Assembly: GCA_013115125.1 (NCBI GenBank)
Contig: JABANN010000342.1
Coordinates: forward strand, 1 to 37,234
Reading direction: 5' to 3'
From: Perkinsus olseni
Lineage: Eukaryota
Length of the DNA: 37,234 nt
The stretch's first letter is position 1. Each line of letters opens with the position of its first letter. This document shows, in pieces, positions 21,998 through 33,720 of the stretch. The position numbers and the translations under genes are program-made. The notes beneath the pieces are model-generated. The model was not told the origin of the DNA, ran no database searches, and saw only the letters and a list, made by a program, of their open reading frames with translations.

Positions 21998-22160
21998 TTT
22001 CGATAGAAGCTTTCGTGCTGTCCATGGTACAAACGCCACGTCTCTCAGCACAAAGAGCTGTCCACACGATAACCACTATCGTAATTTACATGGCTGGCGA
22101 CGGCAGGATTTCTGAAGACCACTATGGTCTTCAGAACTCTCTCCGTCGCCAGCTGCTGCG
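21998..22160. repeat. Dispersed repeat R, copy 3, with an internal inverted-duplication insertion
   Basis: cgccacgtctctcagcacaaag and tggtcttcagaactct...cagctgctgc match copies 1 and 2. There is an extra ~50 nt at 22072-22123. Confidence 0.75.
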
Positions 22161-23319
22161 GTATTTTCAGTGCAATGGTGCTGCTTCTGGATCCATTTCT
22201 AATCTTGCTGGACGCCTTTTCGATTGGCATTTCATCATACCGGTCGGGCACGGTTCTGCACTATCTCGTCGTAGTAGGTGTAGTTGTATAACACAACAAA
22301 AGTAGATTGGGCTCATAGTGACCGAGATAGAGCAGATAGAAATTGGAGTAAGGAGCGTGATTTTTCCTAGGAAAATTAAAAAAAATTTGTGATGTATTAT
22401 GATAAAATTTGTACCCTGTTCAAACTTCAGCCCTTAACTCCCTTTAGTTGACGAGAGACGATAAATTTTTGAATTAGCCTAAGAAAAATGCACGCTCCTT
22501 AGTTAAGAGCATGGGTTGATAACGCGAAGCTAGCATATACTCAGTTCGATTATACAGAGTACAGTTCTGGTCAGATCTCCCGGATCGCCAGAGAACTCGG
22601 CTAAGTGCATGGAAGTCTGCACGGCGGGCTGTGGGTGAGAGCTGTTGCTTCGATGAAGCTGTTGCTGAGCTTGGCGGCCGTGTTGCTGTAGGTTCCGCTT
22701 CTCGAAAGGAGGAAAGGAGGACAACGCTTGGCGATAGCAGCTCCAAGGACGACTCTCATGGGCGTTGCTGCTGCTACTGATGGTGTGTTTCTGTTTCATG
22801 ACCTTCTCGAAGCAGCTTTGTTAATTCATCGATACTGGTAGTGTTGTGAATTCGAAGATATAGGTAGAGGGTGTAGGAGAGGTGATAAGATTCGTTCAGC
22901 GGCTGATAGTAACACGCTTTGGATATGAAAAACAAGAGCAGTGCTCAGTACCGCCTGCTCGCAGACGGGCAAGCGGACCCTGCCAGGAGGAAGGAAAGCT
23001 CCTGAGTTCGTAATAACGCATCTGATATCGTCGTACAAGCATCTCCGGGGGTGATGAGCAAGTCGATAAGAGTCCTGTCCAGGAACGTCGGCGGGCTCGA
23101 AACAAACTGTCCTGGGGATCTTGTCAGTCCTGTGTCGTAGGCTGGTACTATTATACTGTATAAGATCCACCGAAAATAAGAAGAGCTTTCGGAATCGAAG
23201 AAATTTTGTTTCTGATCACACCGTAAGGGTCTCCTATATTCTCATGTATGCAGATCGTGGTCTACCGGCATGAGATCTATCAATGACATCTTGTTTATAG
23301 CATTCAGTAGTCCTACCAG

Positions 23320-24460
23320 GAGACCATGTCAAACGATGCCTCGCACGACGACAGAGATGCCAACGAGGAGCTAACTCGCATGATTGCTTCTAACAAGGAC
23401 GATTGCGTGGGTCGAGCTTGTCGTCTCGCTCCCTCGCCTGGAGAGCCTTTCGTCAGGCCGGCGGAATAGACCACCACCGTGACCCGTTCCTCACTGAGAG
23501 GTACATAACTGTCAAGGACGCTGAGCTGCTCCTGAATTGTTCATCCCGTGAAGAGGCTGAGGAAGTGAGATCTCTCGAGATGGTACCGTGCATAATCTCC
23601 GAAGGATTCCAGCACAAAAGATTCGACAATAAGTCTGAAAAAGAAAGAAGCACGAGGAAGTCTGTATAAGGGCCTGAGTTACAGCACGGGAATTTTCCCC
23701 TTGTCCGCTCATTTGGTGCATCGATCGAGCTATGAGAACAGCATAGTCAACGCACGGGGATAAGACGCATCTAAATTGAATAGATTAGTTGCTGTGCCTA
23801 GCTAACACTATTACAGTGCCACAGCTGAGCGGAGGACGAAAGCGATGTTTAGTACCCCGAGTACAGCTGATGTGGGGATACCGGTGTGAACTTGCATCGT
23901 ACAGTGGCTGGGCCCCATCCGGGCAGGTCGAGAAAAGGGAGCACGATTTGCCTCAGTTTGTGAAGGCCAGTACCAAGCTCATAGAACTCGATATCTCTTC
24001 CGATGATGTGGATGATGAGAATATCCATGCGACCTCGGCGGCGGTAGAGACAAGCTCAGCTTATCACCATTGACGGCGGACTTTCAGACTAGAGCGTCAT
24101 CCGGCTGGCCCAAGAGGGAATCGCAGGAAGGTCGCCGCTTAGCTTGTCTACTTGACTTCTACCTCATGTTCGCGAGGTGAGTTTGCAGCGAAGAACTTCC
24201 CGAAACCGATTGTAGAATGGCTGCTCCCCGAACAATCGCCATGCTGTTAACGCAAGGATTTTCCGAGACGGGCTGCTCGTGTACATGAGTTTAGTTGAGT
24301 TGAGTACCGGACGCTCAGTCTGAGTAGCGACTCGACTCTAGCCTACTAGCTTCTCGTTGCTGCGATCACTCTGGCTAGGTTCTGCCAGCAGGAGAACTTG
24401 ACTGGTGAGAAGGCCTCTACTCTGTTGTCCCTCATGAAGGAGGTGTACTCACAGGCAAGC
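23320..24460 (+). other. Possible exon fragments of an unidentified (possibly decayed) multi-exon gene
   Basis: Several open, AG-preceded blocks with protein-like composition (ETMSNDASHDD..., AGGIDHHRDPFLTERY..., VEKREHDLPQFVK..., ENLTGEKASTLL...). No complete model or domain recognised. Confidence 0.3.
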
Positions 24461-25367
24461 CACGCTCAGTTCCTCTACGTCGCATTCACAAGACGGCGTG
24501 GCTACGAGCAAGCCGTATTGGTATTACATCATAGTTCGCGTCAAGATCGCCAAGCTTCTCTGAGTGTTATTCTTCTAGCGCGGACCTAGTGCGCAAATCT
24601 GAGTGTCCGCCACTGATTATTTACAAGCAGTCGTCAGTCTCAATCGCCCGGGCAGGCTCAAGTTTCTGAGTCGCACTTTAACTCGACCCTCAGGCCATAC
24701 TGCATCGAATGGACGTCTCGACGGCGTTCTCCCTATTCAGAAGGCTCCTCTTGAAGCACTCAGTACAGAGACCGCCGTTCAGTATCAGAGTAGGCCTACG
24801 ATACGATCTGCCGTCCGTTGCTTTGTCGGCGTCAGGTCTTCACGCTCGAGGAGGTCAAGAAAATTACTGAATTCGCGATGAACACGTTCTTCACACATTA
24901 CAAACTTTACGTGTGAGCTCTCTTGGGGATCCCTGGAGTGTCTTCACAGTCGAGACGTGGTGTCAGACAGGTACATGAACATCCCACATCGTCATCTCGT
25001 AGTGCATAGTTCTCCAGCGGAAGACGGCGAAACAACGATGACACACGAGAAGGTTTTGCGGCAACAGGAGTGCTATGATGTGAGTTCCGTATCTCACGAT
25101 CGGTGAAGAGAACGACCGCGCTGCCATCCGAATTCAGTTTACCGAAGGGAAACCCGCTGACACAAGACTGCCTGATCGAGTGAAAGATGCGATTGACTTG
25201 TAAGTCAATCCCAGTCGGCTTTCTCGGATTGTGTGAGGATCGTCTAGTCGGGGCAGTCAACGGTGCACTTAGAGGAGTCAGAGCCTCGTGAGAGTGTGCA
25301 GCGCACATCGTGCATTCGTCCTTAAAGAAAATGTCATAGAAAGTGCGGCTGGAAGCTTGGACGTAGC

Positions 25368-25411
25368 TCGTAGCTACGAGTCGTAGCTACGAGTCGTAGC
25401 TACGAGTCGTA
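25368..25411. repeat. 13-bp tandem repeat (tcgtagctacgag) x3.4 built on a palindrome
   Basis: tcgtagctacga is self-complementary. Three exact units are followed by tcgta. Confidence 0.9.
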
Positions 25412-26880
25412 AGTGACTCGGCTGGTACGAGTCTACCTGCTAATGGAGTATCAGATACGCTAAGAAGATCATGCGAGAGTTTGACCGGAAGATGGAGGGT
25501 GAGCAGAACAAACGACTGGAGGGTGCAGAATCGGCATGAACTGGTGTCTTCTTCTGGAAGATCCACGGCAGAGTTCAATTCTTAGAGTTGGGGTACTTGA
25601 GTTTCCGTTGAATGTTTTGGCGGGTTTGACTTTCCTACTCGGTAATTCGAGATTCATGCCTAGATGAACCGTCGATCCTCGAGAGTTCACCACTCTGTGC
25701 CCCTCGATCTCTCGAAGTTGGACATCCCAGAATGATCAGCAAAGCATTATTACGTCACCTGAAGGGTAGAGGTCGGTAGGTGACATAAGCCAGCCTTCCT
25801 TGTAGAGTGTCCAATGGATCTGCACGTGCGCTCTCTTGTCGTAGGGAGTGTAGTTGCAGGAGTTCTCCTATTTGTTGCGGTCTACTGTAGAACGCAACAG
25901 GGGTAGATCGAGATCAAAGTAAACTTGATAGGCAGACAGAATGTAGAGTACTCGAGAGAATGGGAGTTGACAAGTAGAGATACATCATTTCTTGTGCAAG
26001 TTTGACAAGCGAATAAGCAAAAATGACAATGTTATACCCAAGTTTGACACTGAATATGCAAGTTGGGCGCAAGTCAACAACCACACGGGTATTGGTGGAT
26101 AGCTATTGGAAAGACGCTTCTTCCATCGGTGTGCTACGATGAACCGAAAGATTAATAGTTGAAGTGCTTACCCAGTTAAAACTGAGATTTTCCACCGAAT
26201 TTTAAGCCGTGTAGTCCAAAATTATTTGGCACATTTTTCAAGGGACCCTCAGAGACCTCGGCACCCATTAAGAGTTGTGGTCTGAAACTTCGGGGTTATA
26301 CTCAGTAGGGTACTAGGAAGTATCCCTGTACGTTTCGTCTCGTAACTCACACCAGTTGGAGCTAGCGACGGCAAAAATGCGATATTCCAAAATTCAAGCC
26401 AAACGGGCGGCAGTGGGTGGGTTAAAAAAAGTAGGCAGGAAGTGTACTCAACTAATAAACAAAGTCACACAGCATCACATCTAGGGGTCCGTTACCCCAT
26501 CACGGGCGTGGTGGAGAAGGAGACAGCGTGACGTCGTGCGCAGTGGATGAAGTAGACAGATTAGCTATGTTAGCTAGCTGCCCGCATTCGCGGCAAGTCA
26601 GCGCGCGGCCCTCTCTTTACTTGGCCTCCCGACTCCTCATGTCGAGTTCCGAAGTTAGAACTAAGGAGCGTGCATGAAAGTCACCATAACAGTAATGCCA
26701 TTATCGTGGTGGCATCGCCCAAGGTGACCCCAAAATTGAGTGCTCACGATGAAGCGACGGTTACTCCCCCGCGGGAAGCATCCCTACTGAGCAAAAAATG
26801 CGAATAAGCGCGCGGAACGGATTTCCTACAGGCTCGCCGAGAGGCGGGCTTGTAGAAAATTTTCCCCACGACAACCGGAA

Positions 26881-26941
26881 TTTTGCCACTTTTTGCCACT
26901 TTTTTGCCACTTTTTTGCCGCTTTTTGCCACTTTGCCACTT
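26881..26941. repeat. (T)nGCCAC tandem array, 6 units
   Basis: ttttgccac tttttgccac ttttttgccac ttttttgccgc tttttgccac tttgccac. Confidence 0.9.
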
Positions 26942-27989
26942 CCTCAGACATTTTTTTCGTTTGTCGGAACACCCTGCTTTATTTTTTCACGAAGGAAAAA
27001 TAGTGTAGATAAATAAAAGCAACCATCGAACGATTTTTTTCTACGGAAAAATAGCAGGTAAATGCAAATTCTGGAGAGAATCCCATTCGGACTATGCCGT
27101 AAGTCGTTGAGGATAAAACTATAGGGAATACGTGAATGGTTACTAAGCTGTTAACTTCGGGGCGGCCGCCGAGCCTTCGATGGCTGGGAACATTGTGGAC
27201 ACCAATTGTATGGAAGTGACTGATTATACTGTATGATATAATTTATATCGTCAAACATCCCAGTGGTGGATGCAAGAATGGTGGTCGAGCGCCATAGGTG
27301 AAGGAGTACGTACTTGCAGTAGAGTAAAAAGACAGCTTGGGCATCTTCCATGCTGATGACTTTTGCGTATAAGTGCCTCGTGGTTACCATGCGTTGCTAC
27401 TAGCAACATGCTAGTGTTCAATCTTATTATCGTTAGCGAAGATAAAGCTGGAGATAAATTTCAGCTCGAGGCACCGTGGCCGTGAACAGACTTCTTGGGA
27501 AAGTTAAACTCTAGCTAACTTGCGATTTTTCGAGCGCACTAGGGAAGTTCCGCATTGTTGTTTCCTATGAGCTCCAGAGAAGATCTCGCAGTACTCAGTT
27601 TCCCTTGGATACCCACTCTGACAAGAAGGGGTGTGTATCACCTTTTGCAGTGGTCCACTAACGCAACAACCTGTTCATCCTGCAGCTACTCTAGCAAAAA
27701 CAGTCTGGCTGGTCCAACTAGAGTTTAGTTCGACTAGCTCTTGAGCAGGCAAGGAAGGGAATTTCCGCACGAAATTCAATTTATCGACCCTGCTCTCACT
27801 GCCTGCTTGGTTATGAAATCGTGAAATTCCATTTGGTCTGCTCAAGTGACAGACAAATACGGTGGTGCAACCACGGCCTTACGGAATTATTCCGGACATA
27901 ATATCAACGTGATATTCCATCGGAATATCACGTTGATATTATGTCGACCTCACTCGAATCACTGCGCCAGCCTGATATTCTCCACTGTA

Positions 27990-28705
27990 ATGGGGGTTAA
28001 CTTCCTTCGTCTGCTCTCCATGCCGATTCTGATATCGGGCATGGCCCTACGCAAGGCTCCCACGACCAAGGTAGAGCGGCAACCCCTCTCTTCAGCGAAG
28101 TCACTTGCAGGGTGTCGGCTATGGCCGCGTATCTTGTACTTTTAGGTCGGATCTCTAGTCAAAAGTGCCTTGGCCAAGCAGGATGTATATCGTCCAGAGG
28201 CATACACATGTTTTATTGAATACCCTCTCATTAATATTACGATATCTGTAAGCCGCTTAGATGTCTGGGATAATTACATCGAAGCTGCGACGTTCAAAGA
28301 AAACGAGACCTTCAACCTTAAACTCAGGTAAGTTCACTGCTTCCTGCATTCGGCTCGTTCCTATGTTACTCATTTATTCTCAGACCCGCCCGCGGCTATA
28401 CTGTACAACACAGAAGATACTTGGACGGCCCCTACCAAGGTGGTTATATCGAGAAAATATATTTCCCTAAGATTTCAAAGGAAGAATCTGTCAAAGACCC
28501 GTTCGACACGACCCTTAGAGAAGTTTGGCCCGTCCTCTTCAACAGCACCACAAATAGCACATGCCTGGAAGTGGCCAAATATATCGAAGATCATCCTTGT
28601 GGTAAATATAAAAATGATAACGAAACGGTGTGGGTTAGAGAGTATGTTTCTGAGAGCCTCGTGTTGTATCCGGTTCCTCTCGTAGAGTTACCCTATCTCA
28701 GATAG
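27990..28705 (+). CDS. Lineage-specific predicted secreted glycoprotein (exons 27990-28070, 28146-28327, 28384-28705)
   Basis: Two canonical introns give one open frame: MGVNFLRLLSMPILISGMALRK...YTCFIEY...LDGPYQGG...TCLEVAKYIEDHP...WVREYV. Signal-like N-terminus and five NxT sequons. Confidence 0.75.
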
Positions 28706-30000
28706 GTTTTCTCATGGTACTGACAAATGTGTATACATAGCTCGTGATTATGATGTATCGCTGTGTGTGGTGTTTTTGTACTTGTGTGTTCCAACTGGAT
28801 CTTGTGTGAAAGTTGTCGCCTTACAACGGGGTACGCATCGTGAATCCAAGATCACACCTACAAGGCACCGTTCGGTCTATCTGAAAGCGGAATCCATCCC
28901 CTCGAGCAGCTCCAACTCAAGGCACACTTCAATGAGCACCAAGAGCCAAATCTCGAACTGCGCTACGAGAGGCTCACCCAAGGATTGCAATAAAGCTGGC
29001 TAATGCGCTACGGAACCACTGTTGCAGCTTTATTTATTTATTTATTTGCAATTTTCCTTATTTTTGCATGTTTTCGAATAGTTGCCAATTCGCAGCTATA
29101 TTGATCCTCCAGTTGTTGCGCTGTTGTCGCGTCGGCTGTCGCTCGCCACGCAATGTATTGTGATACTGTCTACTGCTACAGTAGGCTCAAGTGATTTACC
29201 ATTGATTTGTTCATACGTTATTGAGATTCACTCTCCTATATCTGGGTATTGTGTTCCCTGGATTACAAGCGCCTTGGATAAGGCCTTTCTGTCGAATGAG
29301 TCGCTCGCCTGTCAGGCGACGCCTGACCTTGACTGTTGTGACTCGAGGGCGGCTGCCCGGGCCTCGGGGATCACGGCGTGTCGCCTTGCGTCTCAGACGA
29401 ATCGCCTGGATAATAGCGTAGTGATGTCAGCATTAATCGCGCCCCCCTCGGGTGATGGGCCGTTGTGAAGATCGTTGTGTCATTGCTGTCCCTATGGAGT
29501 CGCTCCCCCTTGTGCTACGCTAAGATATCTATCTTCGCGTTAGTACTGTAATTGTACTTGTAATTAGAATCAGGGTGAGTAAGTGAGAATCAGGCCAACG
29601 GTTGGCCGCTAACCAAGTCTGTCTCGTGTTAACTCAATAAGCGGGATTGCCCACCAACACTCAACATGCCGTAAGGGGTATAGTCCACCGGGACTCCAGA
29701 GCGATAGTACGCGAATGCTCTATAAAATTGATGCGTGGATGATCCAGTCGGTTATGACGAGCTCGTTCGCAGTTAGGTCCCGAGATCGATTCTCGGTTCC
29801 AATATTGCCTTGACAGTTGGCTAACGGTTTTCGTCGGAGTAATACATCGGCATACTTGGGAAGAATGCCATAGCATATAAGGTTACCTCATCCTGTAGCA
29901 ATTGGAGTGCTAAGCACCCCGGTGCTTTAGACACCGTGTTCGCAGACCTAACTCTGCGAATTATTTTCTCGATGGAGCATTTCAGTAGGCTGGCTTTAGC

Positions 30001-30097
30001 AAGCTCGGTTCGAGCTTCGAACCTGCGCGGATCCGCTTCGGAGGGTCTTAGCCTAAGACTCTTAGGTCAACCCGCTTAACCACTCGGGTTATCACTC
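30001..30097 (-). pseudogene. tRNA-Leu(TAA)-like pseudogene interrupted by inverted micro-duplications
   Basis: Reverse strand has CCCGAGTGGTTAAG (Leu/Ser-type D-arm), GTTGA CC-TAA-GA, a long variable region and CCGCGCAGGTTCGAA (T-arm). The acceptor stem is not recoverable. Confidence 0.6.
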
Positions 30098-32920
30098 GCT
30101 AGCGCAGTGATGTATAGCTATTGTTGGCGAAGCCATGTGGGGAACTGGCATCCAACTAGCGATCCGAGGCGATTGATATACAACTGGCGAATCGGCCGTG
30201 GCTATGCCCACCTGGCACATGAATGACGTAATGTGGCCATTTTGAAGAATTCAAGCGAAAAACATGATCGAATTTTAGTGATCAATGCGACTAGATGGGG
30301 AACGAGCTTGAGTGAATGAGTGAGTGAGTGTCGAGATGCCTTACTTAGCAGCATCCACATCATCCAAGTATGGTCAAACGGCTGCAGTCACATCGCATCT
30401 CAATTGTCTGAGGAGTTCAACATCGATGTCCTTTATGATAATACCTCACCGGAGTTCTCAAGTTTTCGAGGCGTCTCCGTTCTATCTCGACAATTTCCTT
30501 CCACAACGTCTGAGCTCTGATGGGGTTAAACTTCCAGACGTTGTTGGTAACCGCTCCCAGCGAAAATGAGAACTTCTCATCCTCATTTTCTTCTCTTTTT
30601 TCGCCCCCTCATTCAGCAACTGAGCTCACACCTAAATGAGGAGTCCTCATTGAGAAGTGAGCTGAGTTGCTAACCCCAGGTAGGAAATCTCTTTCGCCGG
30701 ACCCGCCCAGAATGCCCTTGATTTTACAGGCGCCGTCTCAGACGGAATGGGCCATTGGGACGGAGGGAAATTGACAGACTGGAGTCCAGTCACTGGACTA
30801 CTTTCTTCGCGATGACTTCACGAGCCCAACACTGTCAAAAAGTATGCGTGCACTCGGAGGCTTAGCCAAACCCAGTATTAAGTCAGCACAGGCCCGGGTT
30901 GAGTCAGATTGACGTAATCAACGAGTTATAAGTTATACGATGAAACGCTACGATCATACTAGCGTCGCAGCTTGAGACTTGAGCCTCAAGTAGTGCAAAC
31001 TGCGCGTCATAGACGACGGACTGACACAATCGGGGACAGACTAGAGGCGATACGCCACAAGGCGTGCTGTGCGAACATGGTCAATCTAATGGATTCCACA
31101 ACTTGCAATCAATACTCGAGGACGGCAGACGTAAAGGCTGCTACTACTGCTACTTACCCCTGTTATGACAGCTCGGTCGGTAATGTTCCTTAAGCTTAAG
31201 ATATCAGCGTAAGCTAGGGTGCAATCAGTATTACTGATTCAGAATCATACGGTTGATAAGTTGAGTTCCAAGTAATTACCATTTTCCTATGATTAATGAT
31301 CTCGCGATAACCTAGGGGACCGGGTAACCCCGACGTGGCTGAGCCATGATGGCTCCGAAGCAAGGACATTCTACGTCTACATCTCCTGAAGTATTGTCCA
31401 CTGTGTGTGACTCCTTGCATGGATGGTTAACCAAAACGCCAGATTCCGCAAGGAGCCTTCAAGATGCTCAGGCTGAGATGAAGGCCATAGTAGTCCACTA
31501 CTGATATACTGAGATAGGCCACTACCATCCCTGGATACGGCGATGTCAACGCAACAGTGACCCCCCAAACGGCTGCGTGCTGCAGCAGTTGAGCTGCTCA
31601 ACTTGAGCAATAATGGCCGACCTTCACTATGGGGCAGCTAGAGGTGTCAGTATCGCGACGATGCTAGCTCCTTAGTGAATTCCAGCAACCTGCAATGCCG
31701 GCGAGGCCACGGGCCTCAGGCTAGCGGCATACGCGCGCCAAGAGTGCGCCTGGCTGCAGGATGCTGGTTGTAAGTCGGCCCAGCTTAGCTTGCGATGGGC
31801 TTTCACTGCTGCGGTGACATTGGAAACACAAAACCTCGACGGGTGCCATCCAGAACAATGCTGGATGTGCTCACCGAGCAATGCTCGGGTTTCAGGTTTG
31901 GTGTTTTCCTTCCCGCACTCCCGTCTTCTTTGGGATTTTACAGCTCAGTATTAGACTGGTCAAATTATGCGGCTTGAAGGTACTCGGCGGGCTGTGTGCA
32001 GTAGTATCTGAAGCAGTGGCGCCTCTGCCGCGTGCTAGCTGTGCCGGCCCGGAGTAGCTCATTGACTTCATTTCAAAACACAACATCCCGGCTCAAGACG
32101 GCCCATCATGGGTGTGATTATTAAATCACTCATGCGCGTGTTTCAAAGATTGCGCACGAATGAATCCTTGTGTACCTGATCCGCCCGCAATTCCAATCTC
32201 GAGAACCCTTCGAACACATTGGCTTGATCCACTGGAGTTTCACCGGTGAAACGTGTAAAAAAAGTTTTGCGCGTAAGACAAAGGACCCGAAAAACCTTGC
32301 TATTCAAGCTCAGCAAATCGATTAGAAGAACATAATCCTAACTTAGGAATTCCAAGCATAGACAATTATACAGGGAGACAGTCCGAAGGGAACGCAAGCC
32401 CCGATCGACGGGAAACTTTAGCCTCTGGACGAAGCTGAGGAAGTCCCATGGAGGAGCAAAAGTAGTCCAAGCGAGCTCCATACACAACGTAGTGGCGTAC
32501 ACAAGCGTGAGACGAGACGTGCCAGCGAGCATTGTGAGAGTTCTCCAGGAACAAATTTCGTAGCGCGACACACTGGAGGCGCAGGGAGTCAGCACGACAA
32601 CCACCGAATGCTGTTGGCGACACAACGCAGCACATTCACGGGGGCGGAGTCAAAAGATGGTATACATGGTAACCGACAATTGCGGAGCGAGCGAAGCGAG
32701 CGGAGCATATACTGTCACTTCTGCGCTTTTTTGTGCGTTCGTTCGTTCGTTCGTTCAAATTATTTCTCCGCGACTATGTCGATTCAACTCGCGAGACACA
32801 TACCACTCGAAAGCACGTGGTTTGTGTATTCTATAAAAAATACGAAATCGCTCCCATCCCCGTTCCACCAAGCAAAACCGTCGTGGATCGTTGTAGACAA
32901 CCCGAAAAAATACGGAAAAA

Positions 32921-33003
32921 GTCCGTGCTGGGGTTCGAACCCGAGACTTGTGCCGAGCTCCGCTTTTTTCGTTACGAAGACCTAGTGTCAGACCAACATT
33001 GGC
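32921..33003 (-). repeat. tRNA-derived/B-box-containing segment within a probable non-autonomous element
   Basis: Reverse strand reads ...tggtctga...tctcGGGTTCGAACCCcagcacggac. No full cloverleaf. Confidence 0.35.
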
Positions 33004-33170
33004 ATATTTTCAGCATGCTAGAACGACGAATCGTTCGAGGCATGTTGCAGGGGAAAGGCCTTTCTGGGAGACCGTCAACTGTTCGACTCTCCCCGACAAC
33101 TTCCCCGAGCCCCGTCCCCATTTGCTCGCATACATTCTGACATCGCAAGTCCGGGACCTGAGGTCCCTAC

Positions 33171-33480
33171 TTGCGATCGATGGATGGGTCTACTCGCTCC
33201 TATCTCACTCCTGTCATCGAAAGCGAATCGAACTTCTTGCTAGTGTGTCCTTCTCCAACATTCACCGAATTCTTTAGATGTCTGCTCGCTACTCATGTCT
33301 CCTGCACACACCTGTCACGTTGTCCCTCTGATGCTCCACTCGGGCAACGGATCCCAGTACTCGAGTTTGGCTATGGCTGACTTCATTGAGTCGTGGGACG
33401 CTATCCATCTCTTCACTCCCCGAGGATCTTCGCCGTTCAACGGGAGAGCCGAGAGTGTCCATATGTACTTGAATGAATAC
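33171..33480 (+). mobile_element. Degenerate retroviral-type integrase (rve) core of an LTR retrotransposon
   Basis: PLMLHSGNGSQYSSLAMADFIESWDAIHLFTPRGSSPFNGRAESVH matches the SDNG...NG.AE integrase pattern, with the catalytic D read as G. The upstream YL..VIES.SNF block is in another frame. Confidence 0.7.
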
Positions 33481-33720
33481 CTCCTGACACCTCGTCGAGG
33501 TGACCTCGAGGAGGGGGGCAGGTTATGGAGCGCCGTCGGCTCGCACGGTTGTCGCTGCCGACTGGCGCGGTAATCGATTTGATGTGCGCGTATTCCCCCC
33601 TCGTGAGGCCTTATCACTTCCGTTAGACACTGATATCATTGGCTCGAATCAACTCGGTGTTACGCTAGTACGGGACACTCGCACGAGTTCTAGCAGTGAA
33701 TTCTTGATTTCTTCGAAGGG

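Noticed and set aside
22360-22510. AT-rich patches (also 35345-35520) as transposon termini
   Set aside because: Compositionally distinct, but I could not find matching TIRs or TSDs within the window.
24907-25900. Minus-strand short ORFs as a transposase or gene
   Set aside because: No recognisable motif and no consistent frame or splice pattern.
27829-27846. Spliced-leader relic (ccatttggtctgctcaag); also catcccggctcaag near 32085
   Set aside because: Only the gctcaag end resembles the Perkinsus/dinoflagellate SL. Too short and gapped to distinguish from chance.
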